Shown one piece after another: positions 28,411 to 37,646 of a stretch of 64,000 nt of DNA. The notes under the pieces are model-generated. The model was not told the DNA's origin and ran no database searches. It saw only the letters and a program-made list of their open reading frames with translations. Position 1 is the first letter of the stretch; each line of letters begins with the position of its first letter. The DNA comes from Candidatus Hydrogenedentota bacterium (GTDB lineage: Bacteria; Hydrogenedentota; Hydrogenedentia; Hydrogenedentales; SLHB01), in the NCBI GenBank assembly GCA_045863295.1, contig BTWA01000021.1, positions 39,705 through 103,704 of the forward strand, written 5' to 3'. A program made the position numbers and the translations under genes.

Positions 28411-29748
28411 TTATTCAATCGTCAACTGGGCATACGAAATCACATTGTCCGGCTTGCACGTACCCACCAGATCAATCGTGTTCGAGGGTGCACAACCCGC
28501 GCGCTTGGTGGCCAGCAAGAACGTACCAAACGGCTTTTCGAACGGCACCGTCGCCACCATCGGCGATTCAGTTTCCGGATATACCTGCATCAATACGTTT
28601 TCTCCACCCCCTCGATTCATGTAAATCAATGCAAATAGCCGACCGTCGGCGGATTCGTGAAAACGGGAGTGTCCTGGACTGCCTTCTGCCGTGCCTTCGA
28701 CGAGTGTCTTCCGAATCAGGACTTTGCCGTCCTTTACAATCGCCATTCGAAGAGAGGGGATTACGGAAGTACCGGGCATAAAAGTATCCCGAATGATGGG
28801 CGTGCTTTGTTGCTCCGTGTACAGGATGTACGCGGCGCCATCCGGCGCAATCCACATGTCTTGATTGCTGATTGCGCCGCCCGTCGCATCCACGTTGGCG
28901 ATTTCCACCACGGGCCCGAATGGCTGGCTCTTGGCGTCCGGCGTGGATGCGTAGTAAAGAATGCGAAACACATAATCCCATTTCGCGCCCGTGGTAGCGA
29001 ATTTGTGCTTTTGCCACGCCTCCACCGGCTCGACGATATCGCCGATCGCGAGCACATGCCCCGAGCCGTTTTCCAACGCCAATTGCGGGTAGCACGACCG
29101 GATCGGGAACGATGCTTGTCCCTTGTTAATAACCTCTCCCGAGGCAGTCATGTAGCACCAGTTCTGCACGCTGGTGTCGGCATCGATGTTCATCATCAAC
29201 ACTTCGTTCTTCGGGCCATCCACGCTGAACCCACGGTAAGAGTGATCCGTGAAATAGGGCTTGTCGACCCAGACGGGCGATAGTTTAATTTCCGACGGTT
29301 CTGTGTCATTCAGGTTGTAGCGCAACAGACCCGGCTCGCAATCCAGGTATTCGGCACCAGGCGGGTGCAGGGAATCGTTCACGTTCAGGAATAACTGGCC
29401 TTGGGCGGTGACACCCACCGGACACGGCTCGCGCTGGCGGTAGCCTTCGGCTTCGTCCCAGGGAGTCCACCCTTCCTTGCTCCGCCGCAAAAGCCGCCAA
29501 CGCGTGTTGCAAAGTCGTGGCACGTCTTTTCCCGTTTCCATCTCGCTGATGACTACCTGGTCATTCCAGCGCACAATTTGCGTACACCCGAAACTCCAGA
29601 ATGGCCCCGATCCGTTGTTTGAAGGCGTCCACTGATAGACATCCTCGACGGCCTTCACTGTGACCGCGGGCTGCGCCCAGGCAGTCCCTGAACATGCCAT
29701 CGTAATTAGGCACAGTCCGATTCGCAGGGGTCGTTTTACCGCACGCAT
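28411..29748 (-). CDS. Hypothetical secreted protein (possible beta-propeller)
   Basis: Signal peptide ending AWA-Q; long ORF; no family recognised. Confidence 0.7.
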   Translation of the reverse strand: MRAVKRPLRIGLCLITMACSGTAWAQPAVTVKAVEDVYQWTPSNNGSGPFWSFGCTQIVRWNDQVVISEMETGKDVPRLCNTRWRLLRRSKEGWTPWDEAEGYRQREPCPVGVTAQGQLFLNVNDSLHPPGAEYLDCEPGLLRYNLNDTEPSEIKLSPVWVDKPYFTDHSYRGFSVDGPKNEVLMMNIDADTSVQNWCYMTASGEVINKGQASFPIRSCYPQLALENGSGHVLAIGDIVEPVEAWQKHKFATTGAKWDYVFRILYYASTPDAKSQPFGPVVEIANVDATGGAISNQDMWIAPDGAAYILYTEQQSTPIIRDTFMPGTSVIPSLRMAIVKDGKVLIRKTLVEGTAEGSPGHSRFHESADGRLFALIYMNRGGGENVLMQVYPETESPMVATVPFEKPFGTFLLATKRAGCAPSNTIDLVGTCKPDNVISYAQLTIE

Positions 29749-29876
29749 GGTGCATCTCCCACATTTCAATACGTCGTCCGCGCCGCACGTTGATGTGCGA
29801 ACGCTTCCTCTACCATACTGAATTGATATCCAAAAGTGTATCGCGCAATCATGAAATCAACCACGGAAGTGTCATC

Positions 29877-31070
29877 ATGCCGGTCATTCATACCCGTGTG
29901 GGCGTGCTGCTATGCTTCTTGGCGGCGGTCCCGCCACTCTCCGCCCAAGACGCGCCTGACCCGGGAATCCCTGGATTCACTCTCGCTTTCGAAGAAGCCC
30001 GGGCCAAACTGATTTCACGGGCGAAAGACGCGCTGACCCTCGGTCCGTTCAGTGTCGTGCACAAGAAAAGTACTCCTCCCAGCGGGGACAAGCACGATTT
30101 TTATTCCTTATCCCCTTACCATTGGCCCAATAGTGATAAGCCAGATGGAGTGCCCTATGTCTTTCGAGATGGCGAGGTGAATCCGGAGGCAGAGACCAAC
30201 GCGTATGACCGAGTTCGTTACTTTGCCCTTGTCGACGCGGTAAGTGTGTTGTCGCAGGCTTACTATTGGACCGGTGATCGGACCTACGCGGATCGGACTG
30301 CGCTGCTTCTACGCGCGTGGTTTGTCGATCCCTCCACACGTATGAATCCCAATTTGCAGTACGCTCAGCATGTCCCCGGCAACGACTCGGGGCCGCCTTG
30401 GGGGGTAATTCGCGGTGCAAAGCTCCTGGAAATAATCGACGGGGTGAAGCGCATCCATCCGTCCGGCGCATGGAGCCCGGACGACGATGCGGCATTTCGC
30501 ACATGGCTGGACCTGTATCTCCAATGGCTGCAAACGAGCGACAAAGGGAAGCGCGAAGCCATGGCATGGAACAATCACGGCACTTGGTACGACGCCCAGG
30601 CGGCAGGTATCGCCGCCTATCTTGGGAAGCGGGAAATCGTGATAACCATCCTCGAAAACACGCGCGACGCCCGCATCGGGCGCCAGTTCAAACCCGACGG
30701 GTCCCAGCCGCTCGAAACACGCCGCACAAAATCCTGGGACTACTGCATCATGAATCTCGAAGGCTGGTGTCGCCTCGCGGATCTCGGTGAGGAGATGGGC
30801 GTGGATCTGTGGAACTTCAGCACTGCTGAAGGATGTGGCATTATGCAGGCGCTCGCCTATTTGACTCCATTTGCCCTGGGCAACGCTCCATGGATACACG
30901 AAAATATCAAGGACTTCAGCCCTGAAACGATTGCCCCGCTGTTGATGCGAGCGGCGCGCGCATCCGGTGATCTTGAATTCCATATTTATGTATCGGAGAT
31001 TCCTGGCGCACTTCCAAAACTCACTGTGGACGCACTAGCGCGCCCTGAATACTATAAGCGCTCGTTCTGA
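29877..31070 (+). CDS. Alginate lyase family protein (secreted)
   Basis: PPSGDKHDFYS, RDGEVNPE, WFVDPSTRMNPNLQYAQ and NNHGTWYDAQ. Confidence 0.9.
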   Translation: MPVIHTRVGVLLCFLAAVPPLSAQDAPDPGIPGFTLAFEEARAKLISRAKDALTLGPFSVVHKKSTPPSGDKHDFYSLSPYHWPNSDKPDGVPYVFRDGEVNPEAETNAYDRVRYFALVDAVSVLSQAYYWTGDRTYADRTALLLRAWFVDPSTRMNPNLQYAQHVPGNDSGPPWGVIRGAKLLEIIDGVKRIHPSGAWSPDDDAAFRTWLDLYLQWLQTSDKGKREAMAWNNHGTWYDAQAAGIAAYLGKREIVITILENTRDARIGRQFKPDGSQPLETRRTKSWDYCIMNLEGWCRLADLGEEMGVDLWNFSTAEGCGIMQALAYLTPFALGNAPWIHENIKDFSPETIAPLLMRAARASGDLEFHIYVSEIPGALPKLTVDALARPEYYKRSF

Positions 31071-31080
31071 CAAACCACGC

Positions 31081-31152
31081 AAAAAGGCAGACGCCGGGAA
31101 CGCAGCTTACTCAAATGGTGGCAACCAGTAAGTCTGCGATGCGTTCCCGGCG
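31081..31152 (-). terminator. Long hairpin terminator between convergent genes
   Basis: CGCCGGGAACGCA...TGCGTTCCCGGCG with inner CTTACT/AGTAAG; T5 on the minus strand. Confidence 0.7.
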
Positions 31153-31176
31153 CCCTTGCCGAGCGGGAAAATGAAT

Positions 31177-32073
31177 CTAGAATCCGTCGAACGGCCGATC
31201 GTAACGTCCAAATGTCCTCGCGCTATCCGAAGTTACAGGAAACCTCGTCGCAGGGTATCGCGAGAACTGGACGTGTCCATCCAGATACAAAACGTTGCAG
31301 CCTCCTGGCACGTGGTTGAAATCCTCTGGCAAGGTGCTTATGTGGTCCCACATAACAGCGATCGAGCTTGATGCCCTGTTTGAGCCAGATGGGCTATTGA
31401 TGTTCGTTATCAGGAAGCGCTCAACACCTTCCTTCAAACGGAAAATCGTGTTTCCTCCACCCGCTTGCGTGCCTGCGTGTGCGGGGGAAACGGTAAAATC
31501 CTTGTCGCTTGCCACGCCAATCGACGTTGCATTGGCCTGAGCGAGTTCGCCCCAGGGCGTGCCCGCATACTGCGCTTCTTCGTAGCGCCCACCGGGTCCC
31601 GCGCCCTGAGTTCCCAACAGGGCGGTACCGAGAATGTTTAAGTCGCTTTCGATCAGAAATCCAGTGTAATTATAGGGCTCCTTTCTAATCTCACAGGGCT
31701 CTATGACACCGTTGTTGTTCCCGTGGACCCGATCATAGCGGTCCAGTGGCGATGGGTCTTTTCCCCAAGAAGGGCACCACACCACATTCGGATCTGCCAG
31801 ATACTCGGGCATTACCGAGACCCCATCAAAGATCATGGTCGAGCTAAGAGTCCCGTTGCAGTTGATACTCCTTCTTGGGGGCAATAGTCCGCGGCATTCA
31901 CCCGAGTACATGGCAAAGGCCAGACCCAATTGCTTTAAATTGTTTTGACACGATGCCCTTCGTGCTGCCTCCCGTGCGCGCGCCAGAGCCGGCAGCAGGA
32001 TGGTTGCAAGAATTCCTATGATCGCTATCACCACCAACAACTCAGTCAATGTAAAGCCACGATTCGGTTTCAT
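31177..32073 (-). CDS. DUF1559-family prepilin-type protein
   Basis: [49 protein letters not shown]. Confidence 0.92.
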   Translation of the reverse strand: MKPNRGFTLTELLVVIAIIGILATILLPALARAREAARRASCQNNLKQLGLAFAMYSGECRGLLPPRRSINCNGTLSSTMIFDGVSVMPEYLADPNVVWCPSWGKDPSPLDRYDRVHGNNNGVIEPCEIRKEPYNYTGFLIESDLNILGTALLGTQGAGPGGRYEEAQYAGTPWGELAQANATSIGVASDKDFTVSPAHAGTQAGGGNTIFRLKEGVERFLITNINSPSGSNRASSSIAVMWDHISTLPEDFNHVPGGCNVLYLDGHVQFSRYPATRFPVTSDSARTFGRYDRPFDGF

Positions 32074-32138
32074 GATGAACGTACTCCAAGTTTGGGCTTA
32101 CCCCCCTCCTGGTGGTCTGCCCTTGTTCCGTTCTTCAG

Positions 32139-32492
32139 TTAGGACTGTAATGTGATCATGAAGAACGGTGGAGCACGCCCCCATCGATTTCCAGACTCAA
32201 TACTTGGGTACGTAAGAACCGGAACCCAGCGCTGACTTTTCCAAACTGCCTGACTCGGTTGAAACAGTGCGGCGAAATGGGAAAATTCGATCGGGCAACT
32301 TAGGAAATCGCAAAACGGGCATGCATTGTCCTGCGCAAGACCACCCTCTTGAGGCGAATGCTCATGCGAATGGGTGCACAATCCGAGGTACTCGTGAGCA
32401 GAAGCCAGGCAAATGCCTCCAACAAGGAGCAACACCAAACCTGCGCCGATTCCTGCAGCGGCACGCGCTCTGGTAATTCCCAAGTTAGGCAC
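32139..32492 (-). CDS. DUF2946-like (CruR/CutF-type) leader protein with CxxC and RAPP
   Basis: Hydrophobic segment, HSHEH, CPFC, 44-aa spacer, RAPP. Confidence 0.75.
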   Translation of the reverse strand: MPNLGITRARAAAGIGAGLVLLLVGGICLASAHEYLGLCTHSHEHSPQEGGLAQDNACPFCDFLSCPIEFSHFAALFQPSQAVWKSQRWVPVLTYPSIESGNRWGRAPPFFMITLQS

Positions 32493-32524
32493 CTACTCAC
32501 CCCTGCAATGGTTCGAGGTTCGGA

Positions 32525-33562
32525 TCACTGAGCCGACTCCAAAGTGGTCGCCGCGTCTTCAACATCGGCTCCAGACGAATCTCCATCGATCAGTCGCTGC
32601 ACCGTGCGCTCCTGCACCCTTAACAAGTTGCGTTGCGAGTACCGGGTTGCGGTTTCGAATCCCTCACTTGCCGCAGCCACCCCTTCGTCGTAACGGCCGA
32701 GCACGGCGTAGGCTTTTGAAAGGTACAAGTACGACTCACCGAACACCTGATTTTGTGTGTCGTCAAACACTTCCCGGCGTTCAGCCATCTGGAGCCGATG
32801 CGCTTTGCCTAGTTCAACTGCCTTTGTAAGCAGATCGATCGCCAAGGCGTAGGCCTCTTCATCTGTCTTGATTGGCAGCACATCCCCTTCGTCGGCATGT
32901 ACCAAGCTGTCCAGCCGATCCGCGTATTCGAAGTACAGCCGTCCAAGGGCTCCATGAATCTCAAAGCTGGACGGATTTGCCTTTACGCCGGCTTCGAGCA
33001 TTTCCCGCGCTTCAGCCGGCTCGTTGGCAAAATCCGCTAGGTAAAACGCGCCCAGTGTGTACAACCTCTCCAATCCCGGATTCATCTTGACGGCAAGTTC
33101 GTACCACGGGATAAGCTCAACTGGATCGTCGTGTTTGTGGACGGTATCGTAGGGTTTTACACTGCGCTCAATCTCGCCGAACAGCCCCCTCCAGTCCCGT
33201 TCCTTATCGGTGACCATTTGCAGCCCTTCGGTGTGCGCTAAGCCTGTCGGAGCCGCTTCAGAGTCCTTGCGCATGTGGCCTCTTTGTTCTTCCGCCTGAG
33301 TGGGCATGCGTTGCACCATGCCCATATGGAGGTACTCCATACTCTTCAACCACATAATGTCGCCAATTGAAAGTTGAAGTTGCCCCATTAGCGACAGTGC
33401 GATCGACTCCTTGGCTGCGTCGATTTCTTCGGGCCGGTAGTCGGCTTTGGCTTCAACATGGGCGTGCGAGACATAGGCTACTACCGCCAGCGGCCCCATA
33501 AGGGCTACTAGAAATCCATAGAACATGTGTGCTGGCATGGTTTGTGAGATCCGTATGTTCAT
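32525..33562 (-). CDS. Membrane-anchored TPR-like protein
   Basis: Likely start ATG 33562 (TAATG overlap); TM segment, DIMWLK, then helical repeats (AVKMNP, GVKANP). Confidence 0.75.
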   Translation of the reverse strand: MNIRISQTMPAHMFYGFLVALMGPLAVVAYVSHAHVEAKADYRPEEIDAAKESIALSLMGQLQLSIGDIMWLKSMEYLHMGMVQRMPTQAEEQRGHMRKDSEAAPTGLAHTEGLQMVTDKERDWRGLFGEIERSVKPYDTVHKHDDPVELIPWYELAVKMNPGLERLYTLGAFYLADFANEPAEAREMLEAGVKANPSSFEIHGALGRLYFEYADRLDSLVHADEGDVLPIKTDEEAYALAIDLLTKAVELGKAHRLQMAERREVFDDTQNQVFGESYLYLSKAYAVLGRYDEGVAAASEGFETATRYSQRNLLRVQERTVQRLIDGDSSGADVEDAATTLESAQ

Positions 33563-34329
33563 TAGAGGTTCATCCGTTGAAAGCGGCGCATGCCTATGGC
33601 CATGAATATGAATGTGTACGTCAAGCCATATACGGTAAGCGCGGCCAATACCCAAAGTGGGGCGGGTGGCCACGCATGTACCTCTCGCTTGGTAATGTCG
33701 AATAACTCCAAATGGGGCACCGACCAATAGACGATATCGAAGACCCGCAACATGGTTCCCTCGAGTTCCGTCCTTACGGTCATCACAGTATTGGCAAACG
33801 TCTGCATGGCGAGCGCGGCCAAGAGGCTTATCGTGACGTTCGCACCGTGAGTCAAAAAAACCGAAAGCGTCAACGTCAGGCCTGCAATCATCCACATTGA
33901 GATCGTGCGCAAGTAGATGGCTTGAATAAACACACTCGACACGGGAATTCCGAGAATCCTAAACAGTACAAAAAGCTCCGCGAAAAACAGGAGCACAACG
34001 GCCGTCGACATAATGCCCACCCCGAGAAACTTACCCAGGAATACTTGAACACGCGATACCGGCTTTGCCAGTAACGGATAGAGCGTGCGATTCTGTATCT
34101 CCACGGGAAGCTGTCTCGCGGCCGTGACTACGCACACTAGAGTCGCCAAGAGGTAGGTGACGCTGAACCCAACGTCCTTTACGAACTTACCCAGCCCTTC
34201 TGTGCCAAAGCGGCTGAACAGGCCCGCCCCAAACACGACAAGGGCCGCCAGTATAAGTACCACATAGGGGTCCTTGCGTCGGAAGGATTCAATTATGGTT
34301 ACTTTCGCAATGCCGAATATTTTTTCCAC
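33562..34329 (-). CDS. ABC-2-type transporter permease
   Basis: EIQNRTLYPLLAKPVSRVQVFLGKFLG; about 6 TMs; GAGGAG before GTG 34329. Confidence 0.9.
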   Translation of the reverse strand: MEKIFGIAKVTIIESFRRKDPYVVLILAALVVFGAGLFSRFGTEGLGKFVKDVGFSVTYLLATLVCVVTAARQLPVEIQNRTLYPLLAKPVSRVQVFLGKFLGVGIMSTAVVLLFFAELFVLFRILGIPVSSVFIQAIYLRTISMWMIAGLTLTLSVFLTHGANVTISLLAALAMQTFANTVMTVRTELEGTMLRVFDIVYWSVPHLELFDITKREVHAWPPAPLWVLAALTVYGLTYTFIFMAIGMRRFQRMNL

Positions 34330-34340
34330 GGTATGACTCC

Positions 34341-35273
34341 TCAAGTGACTTTGTGTCCGATGCGCCGAACAAAGAAATCCTCCAGCGACCCTGCTTCTTC
34401 ATGTTCTCGGACTACGCGCGCATTCATTTCTTTGAGCAGGTGTTTTAGCCGTTCCTTCGATTCGGTATCGTCTGCCTGCAAGACGGATTTCCCATTATGT
34501 ACTGACTGTAGATAGGCTCCGTCTGGAAGTTCGACTGGCAATTTGAGATCCTCCACCACAAGCACATGCCGACGAAACTCTCTGAGCAAGTTCTCAAGGT
34601 TGTCCTCGTGTGTGACTTTTCCTTCGTCGATCAAGATCACGCGGTCGCAGAGCATCGTAACTTCCGATAGTTCGTGCGAAGAGAAGAACACGGTCTTTCC
34701 CTTTGCCTTGAAATCGAGGAGAATGCGTCGGACGTCGTATCGTGCGACCGGATCCAGACCGGACGTTACTTCGTCCAGAATCAAAAGGTCCGGTTCGCCC
34801 ATGATTGCCTGCGCGATACCAACACGTTGCAGCATACCTTTCGAGAATCCCCTAACTGGTTCTCGGTCGCGACCCGCCAGGCCGACTTTGTGTAAGAGGT
34901 CATCAATTGTCGCTTCGCGTTCCTTCTTTGGAATTTCGCGAAGTGTCGCGAACATGCGTAGCGTCTCGCGGGCAGTAAGGAAAGGGTAGTAAAGAGCCAC
35001 CTCGGGCAGAAACCCGATCCTCCGCCTCGCCTGGATGTCTCCCGGCTTGTACCCAAACAGGCTCACCTTGCCCGCGGTCGCCTTCCGAAATCCCATCAAG
35101 ACTTTGATCGTGGTGGACTTGCCGGCGCCATTGGGACCAATAAATCCCACGACTTCCCCTTGACGCACGCCCAAATTCAAGCCCTGAACGGCCTTGATTA
35201 ACTTACCTGAGTCCGTTTTGTATTCAACGGAAAGGTCAGTGATTTGCAGCACTGTTTCAGTTGTGTTTGCCAT
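34341..35273 (-). CDS. ABC transporter ATP-binding protein
   Basis: GPNGAGKST, FSKGMLQR, LILDEVTSGLDP and SSH. Confidence 0.96.
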   Translation of the reverse strand: MANTTETVLQITDLSVEYKTDSGKLIKAVQGLNLGVRQGEVVGFIGPNGAGKSTTIKVLMGFRKATAGKVSLFGYKPGDIQARRRIGFLPEVALYYPFLTARETLRMFATLREIPKKEREATIDDLLHKVGLAGRDREPVRGFSKGMLQRVGIAQAIMGEPDLLILDEVTSGLDPVARYDVRRILLDFKAKGKTVFFSSHELSEVTMLCDRVILIDEGKVTHEDNLENLLREFRRHVLVVEDLKLPVELPDGAYLQSVHNGKSVLQADDTESKERLKHLLKEMNARVVREHEEAGSLEDFFVRRIGHKVT

Positions 35274-35281
35274 GTTGAATA

Positions 35282-36028
35282 TTACTCCTGCGAAATCAGC
35301 CGTTGACGAAGTTCGTGCTTCGCCTTTTCCCTTTCAGGATCGGGGTGCGCAAGTTCTTCGAGTGTCTTCCGCCTGCCGGGAGCAGGCTTGCCCGCCGCTT
35401 CCAAGTCTTCGGTGTTGTCCGTTGCGGGAACTGGTTCGATCGAAGGGAGTGTCCGGTTCTTTTTATCCGGGGCGTCAGTTTCTTCGTGCACGTGGGCGTG
35501 ATCGCCGAGGGCATGCTTGTGGTTATCGTGATCGTGCATATGTTGGCTGTGGTCATGATCATCCAAGAAGTCGATCCCCAACGCCTTGTTGAAAATCCGG
35601 TTGGGTACATCCACATTCTGCTGTATAAAAGTGTCGAACGCGCGGATGTGGTGTTCCACTGCTCCACATCCGGCGCTATCCATCAACTTCCACTCGCCAT
35701 GTTCCCAGTTGTAGAAATACTCAATCCCCTCGAATGTCTTGAAGTCGGTATCGCCTTTTCGCTTGTAGTATGTGTGCACTACCCCGTACGAACGGCCGAA
35801 AAGGACAAACGCCTTGCCACTGTCCACGATGGCCAAATAGTCGAACTCGCTTTTGTCCCAGTCGCCGTTTGGACGGTCGAAATAGTCGTAGAGATGAAAC
35901 TCCGCTAGTTTGTCCAATTCCTTTTTCATGTTGTTCGTGTCATACAATGCCCATGCGCTAAATGAACTGAAACCCAGAATCAGAATTGCGCATACGTAGA
36001 TGTCCCGGCGTCTAACGATTATTTCCAT
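35282..36028 (-). CDS. Membrane-anchored/exported His-rich protein
   Basis: N-terminal TM; CGAVEHH; DDHDHSQHMHDHDNHKHALGDHAHVHE; GGGAGAGG before ATG 36028. Confidence 0.75.
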   Translation of the reverse strand: MEIIVRRRDIYVCAILILGFSSFSAWALYDTNNMKKELDKLAEFHLYDYFDRPNGDWDKSEFDYLAIVDSGKAFVLFGRSYGVVHTYYKRKGDTDFKTFEGIEYFYNWEHGEWKLMDSAGCGAVEHHIRAFDTFIQQNVDVPNRIFNKALGIDFLDDHDHSQHMHDHDNHKHALGDHAHVHEETDAPDKKNRTLPSIEPVPATDNTEDLEAAGKPAPGRRKTLEELAHPDPEREKAKHELRQRLISQE

Positions 36029-36308
36029 GGCTGCCTCTCCCTTTGCGTCGGCAATTTGTTTCTGCTTCTCAAGAGATCGCACACCTGTGGGCAACACGTC
36101 GCGGAAAAATTCCGCGTGTGCTTGTTCAGTAGGGTCTGTGCACGGCAGTCAGGCATTTGCAGACGAGGTGCCTAGTGAGACCTGTGACGCGCTGGACTAT
36201 GTTGCTCAGAGCGGCTATCGCGGATGCCAGGTACGAGTGGACAGCGGCCGACAACAAGTTCCAAGTACGCCCCAATTTGTGACGGTACCCATGAACTGGT
36301 GCGATGAT

Positions 36309-36728
36309 TCAGGCTGGGAGAGGAGGACCGCGGGATTTCCATTCTGAGGAAGGTTGAACACGATTTTGCAGACAATGACTGAAGACTCGTCCACACATCA
36401 CCGGTGGCAGGTCTGGCGTCACATTTCTTAGAACTGCCCGGCCTGACTCGGAGGCATAGGCCAAGCACAACCCACAGATACCTTGGTCAACTTCCATTCC
36501 GCCAGAACAGCGGATGGCACCCATTGGGTCAGCTTGACCAGGGGAATGAGCGGCGCACTCATGGGAATGATGCACTACCTGATGGACGACTCGCCCAATT
36601 GGGCTGCCCAGTACGATGGTGCCTACGAGCAAAAAAGTAGCAAGACTCGAGGTTGTGACTTTCTCCCATTCAAGGCGGCTACTGAATCGGCGGCGCCGAG
36701 AGAATTGTGTTGTGAGAATTTGCGCCAT
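36309..36728 (-). CDS. DUF2946-like (CruR/CutF-type) leader protein with CxxC and RGPP
   Basis: Hydrophobic segment, HQVVHHSHECAAH, CGLC, 44-aa spacer, RGPPLPA-stop. Confidence 0.75.
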   Translation of the reverse strand: MAQILTTQFSRRRRFSSRLEWEKVTTSSLATFLLVGTIVLGSPIGRVVHQVVHHSHECAAHSPGQADPMGAIRCSGGMEVDQGICGLCLAYASESGRAVLRNVTPDLPPVMCGRVFSHCLQNRVQPSSEWKSRGPPLPA

Positions 36729-36730
36729 GT

Positions 36731-36764
36731 CGATAACAATAACGCATTATCATAAATTTGTCAA
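36731..36764 (-). promoter_or_regulatory. sigma70 promoter overlapped by TGATA-N12-TATCG inverted repeat
   Basis: TTGACA (36764-36759), 17 bp, TATTGT (36741-36736); operator 36731-36752. Confidence 0.7.
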
Positions 36765-36867
36765 CCCTAAAATGTTCACCCGGAAATGCTTGAGCCAACA
36801 GAACAGTCTTCGTACCATTCCCCAGCTATGCTCGATACTTTTACAGAATATCCGGGATGACTGCTTC

Positions 36868-37593
36868 ATGTGGCATATTGTCGAAGGCGAGGCTGGTTGT
36901 CAGTTCGCCATAGAAAACAAACTCGTCGCCGTGATCGTGGACGCACTCCGTGCCAGCGCTACGGCCGCTTCCTTGTTGGAAGCAGGAGCGACTGCCGTTT
37001 GGGCTGTGCGGGAGATCGAGGACGCACTCGAGGCAGAAAAGGTGTGGCCCGACGCACTTTTGTACGGAGAACGCGGAGGATTGCCGCCGGTAGGGTTTGA
37101 CTTTGGCAACAGTCCACGCGAAGCCGATGCAGCCCTGGGGCGCCGCGTTATTTTTACCACCACTACGGGTGCGGGCCGTCTGGTGCAGTCCCGGGGCGCG
37201 GCGGCAGTCTACATGGGGAGTACGGTAAACGGGGGCGCGCTTGTTCGTGCCGTCTCGCGGGAAGGGCGCGGCGCGGTGATCATACCCGCGGGACTAATGA
37301 CAGACCCCTCCTTCCCCGCGCAGGAGGACTGGGTAGCCGCGGTTTCCCTGGCACGCGCTTCCGGCGAAACCATTGGCGAAGGAAGCGCGCTGTACGAAAC
37401 ATGGTGTGAACGCATTCGCGACGAGGGGGTGCCGGCTCTATTCGAATCCGCTCCGCATTCGGAAAAGCTCAGAACGGTTGGCCTTGAATCCGATATTGCT
37501 TTTTGTGCTCAAAGCGATATCTACGGCGCGGTTCCCCGTGTGGCCGATTGGAATGAACTCGGAGGAATCCTACTGAATGCGAGGGAAAAGTAA
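36868..37593 (+). CDS. comB: 2-phosphosulfolactate phosphatase family protein
   Basis: VIVDALRASAT, GERGGLPPVGFDFGNSP, TTTTG and QEDW. Confidence 0.88.
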   Translation: MWHIVEGEAGCQFAIENKLVAVIVDALRASATAASLLEAGATAVWAVREIEDALEAEKVWPDALLYGERGGLPPVGFDFGNSPREADAALGRRVIFTTTTGAGRLVQSRGAAAVYMGSTVNGGALVRAVSREGRGAVIIPAGLMTDPSFPAQEDWVAAVSLARASGETIGEGSALYETWCERIRDEGVPALFESAPHSEKLRTVGLESDIAFCAQSDIYGAVPRVADWNELGGILLNAREK

Positions 37594-37646
37594 AGCCGCT
37601 CGTCATGTCTAACGAGCGGCTTGATTGGATTGGGTAACGACCTAGT

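Noticed and set aside
29824..29843. TGATA-N10-TATCG upstream of alginate lyase as a third operator copy
   Set aside because: Spacing is 10, not 12, and there is no metal-related context.
33563..33895. N-terminal extension of the TPR ORF
   Set aside because: Overlaps the permease; the TAATG coupling at 33562 is the more plausible start.
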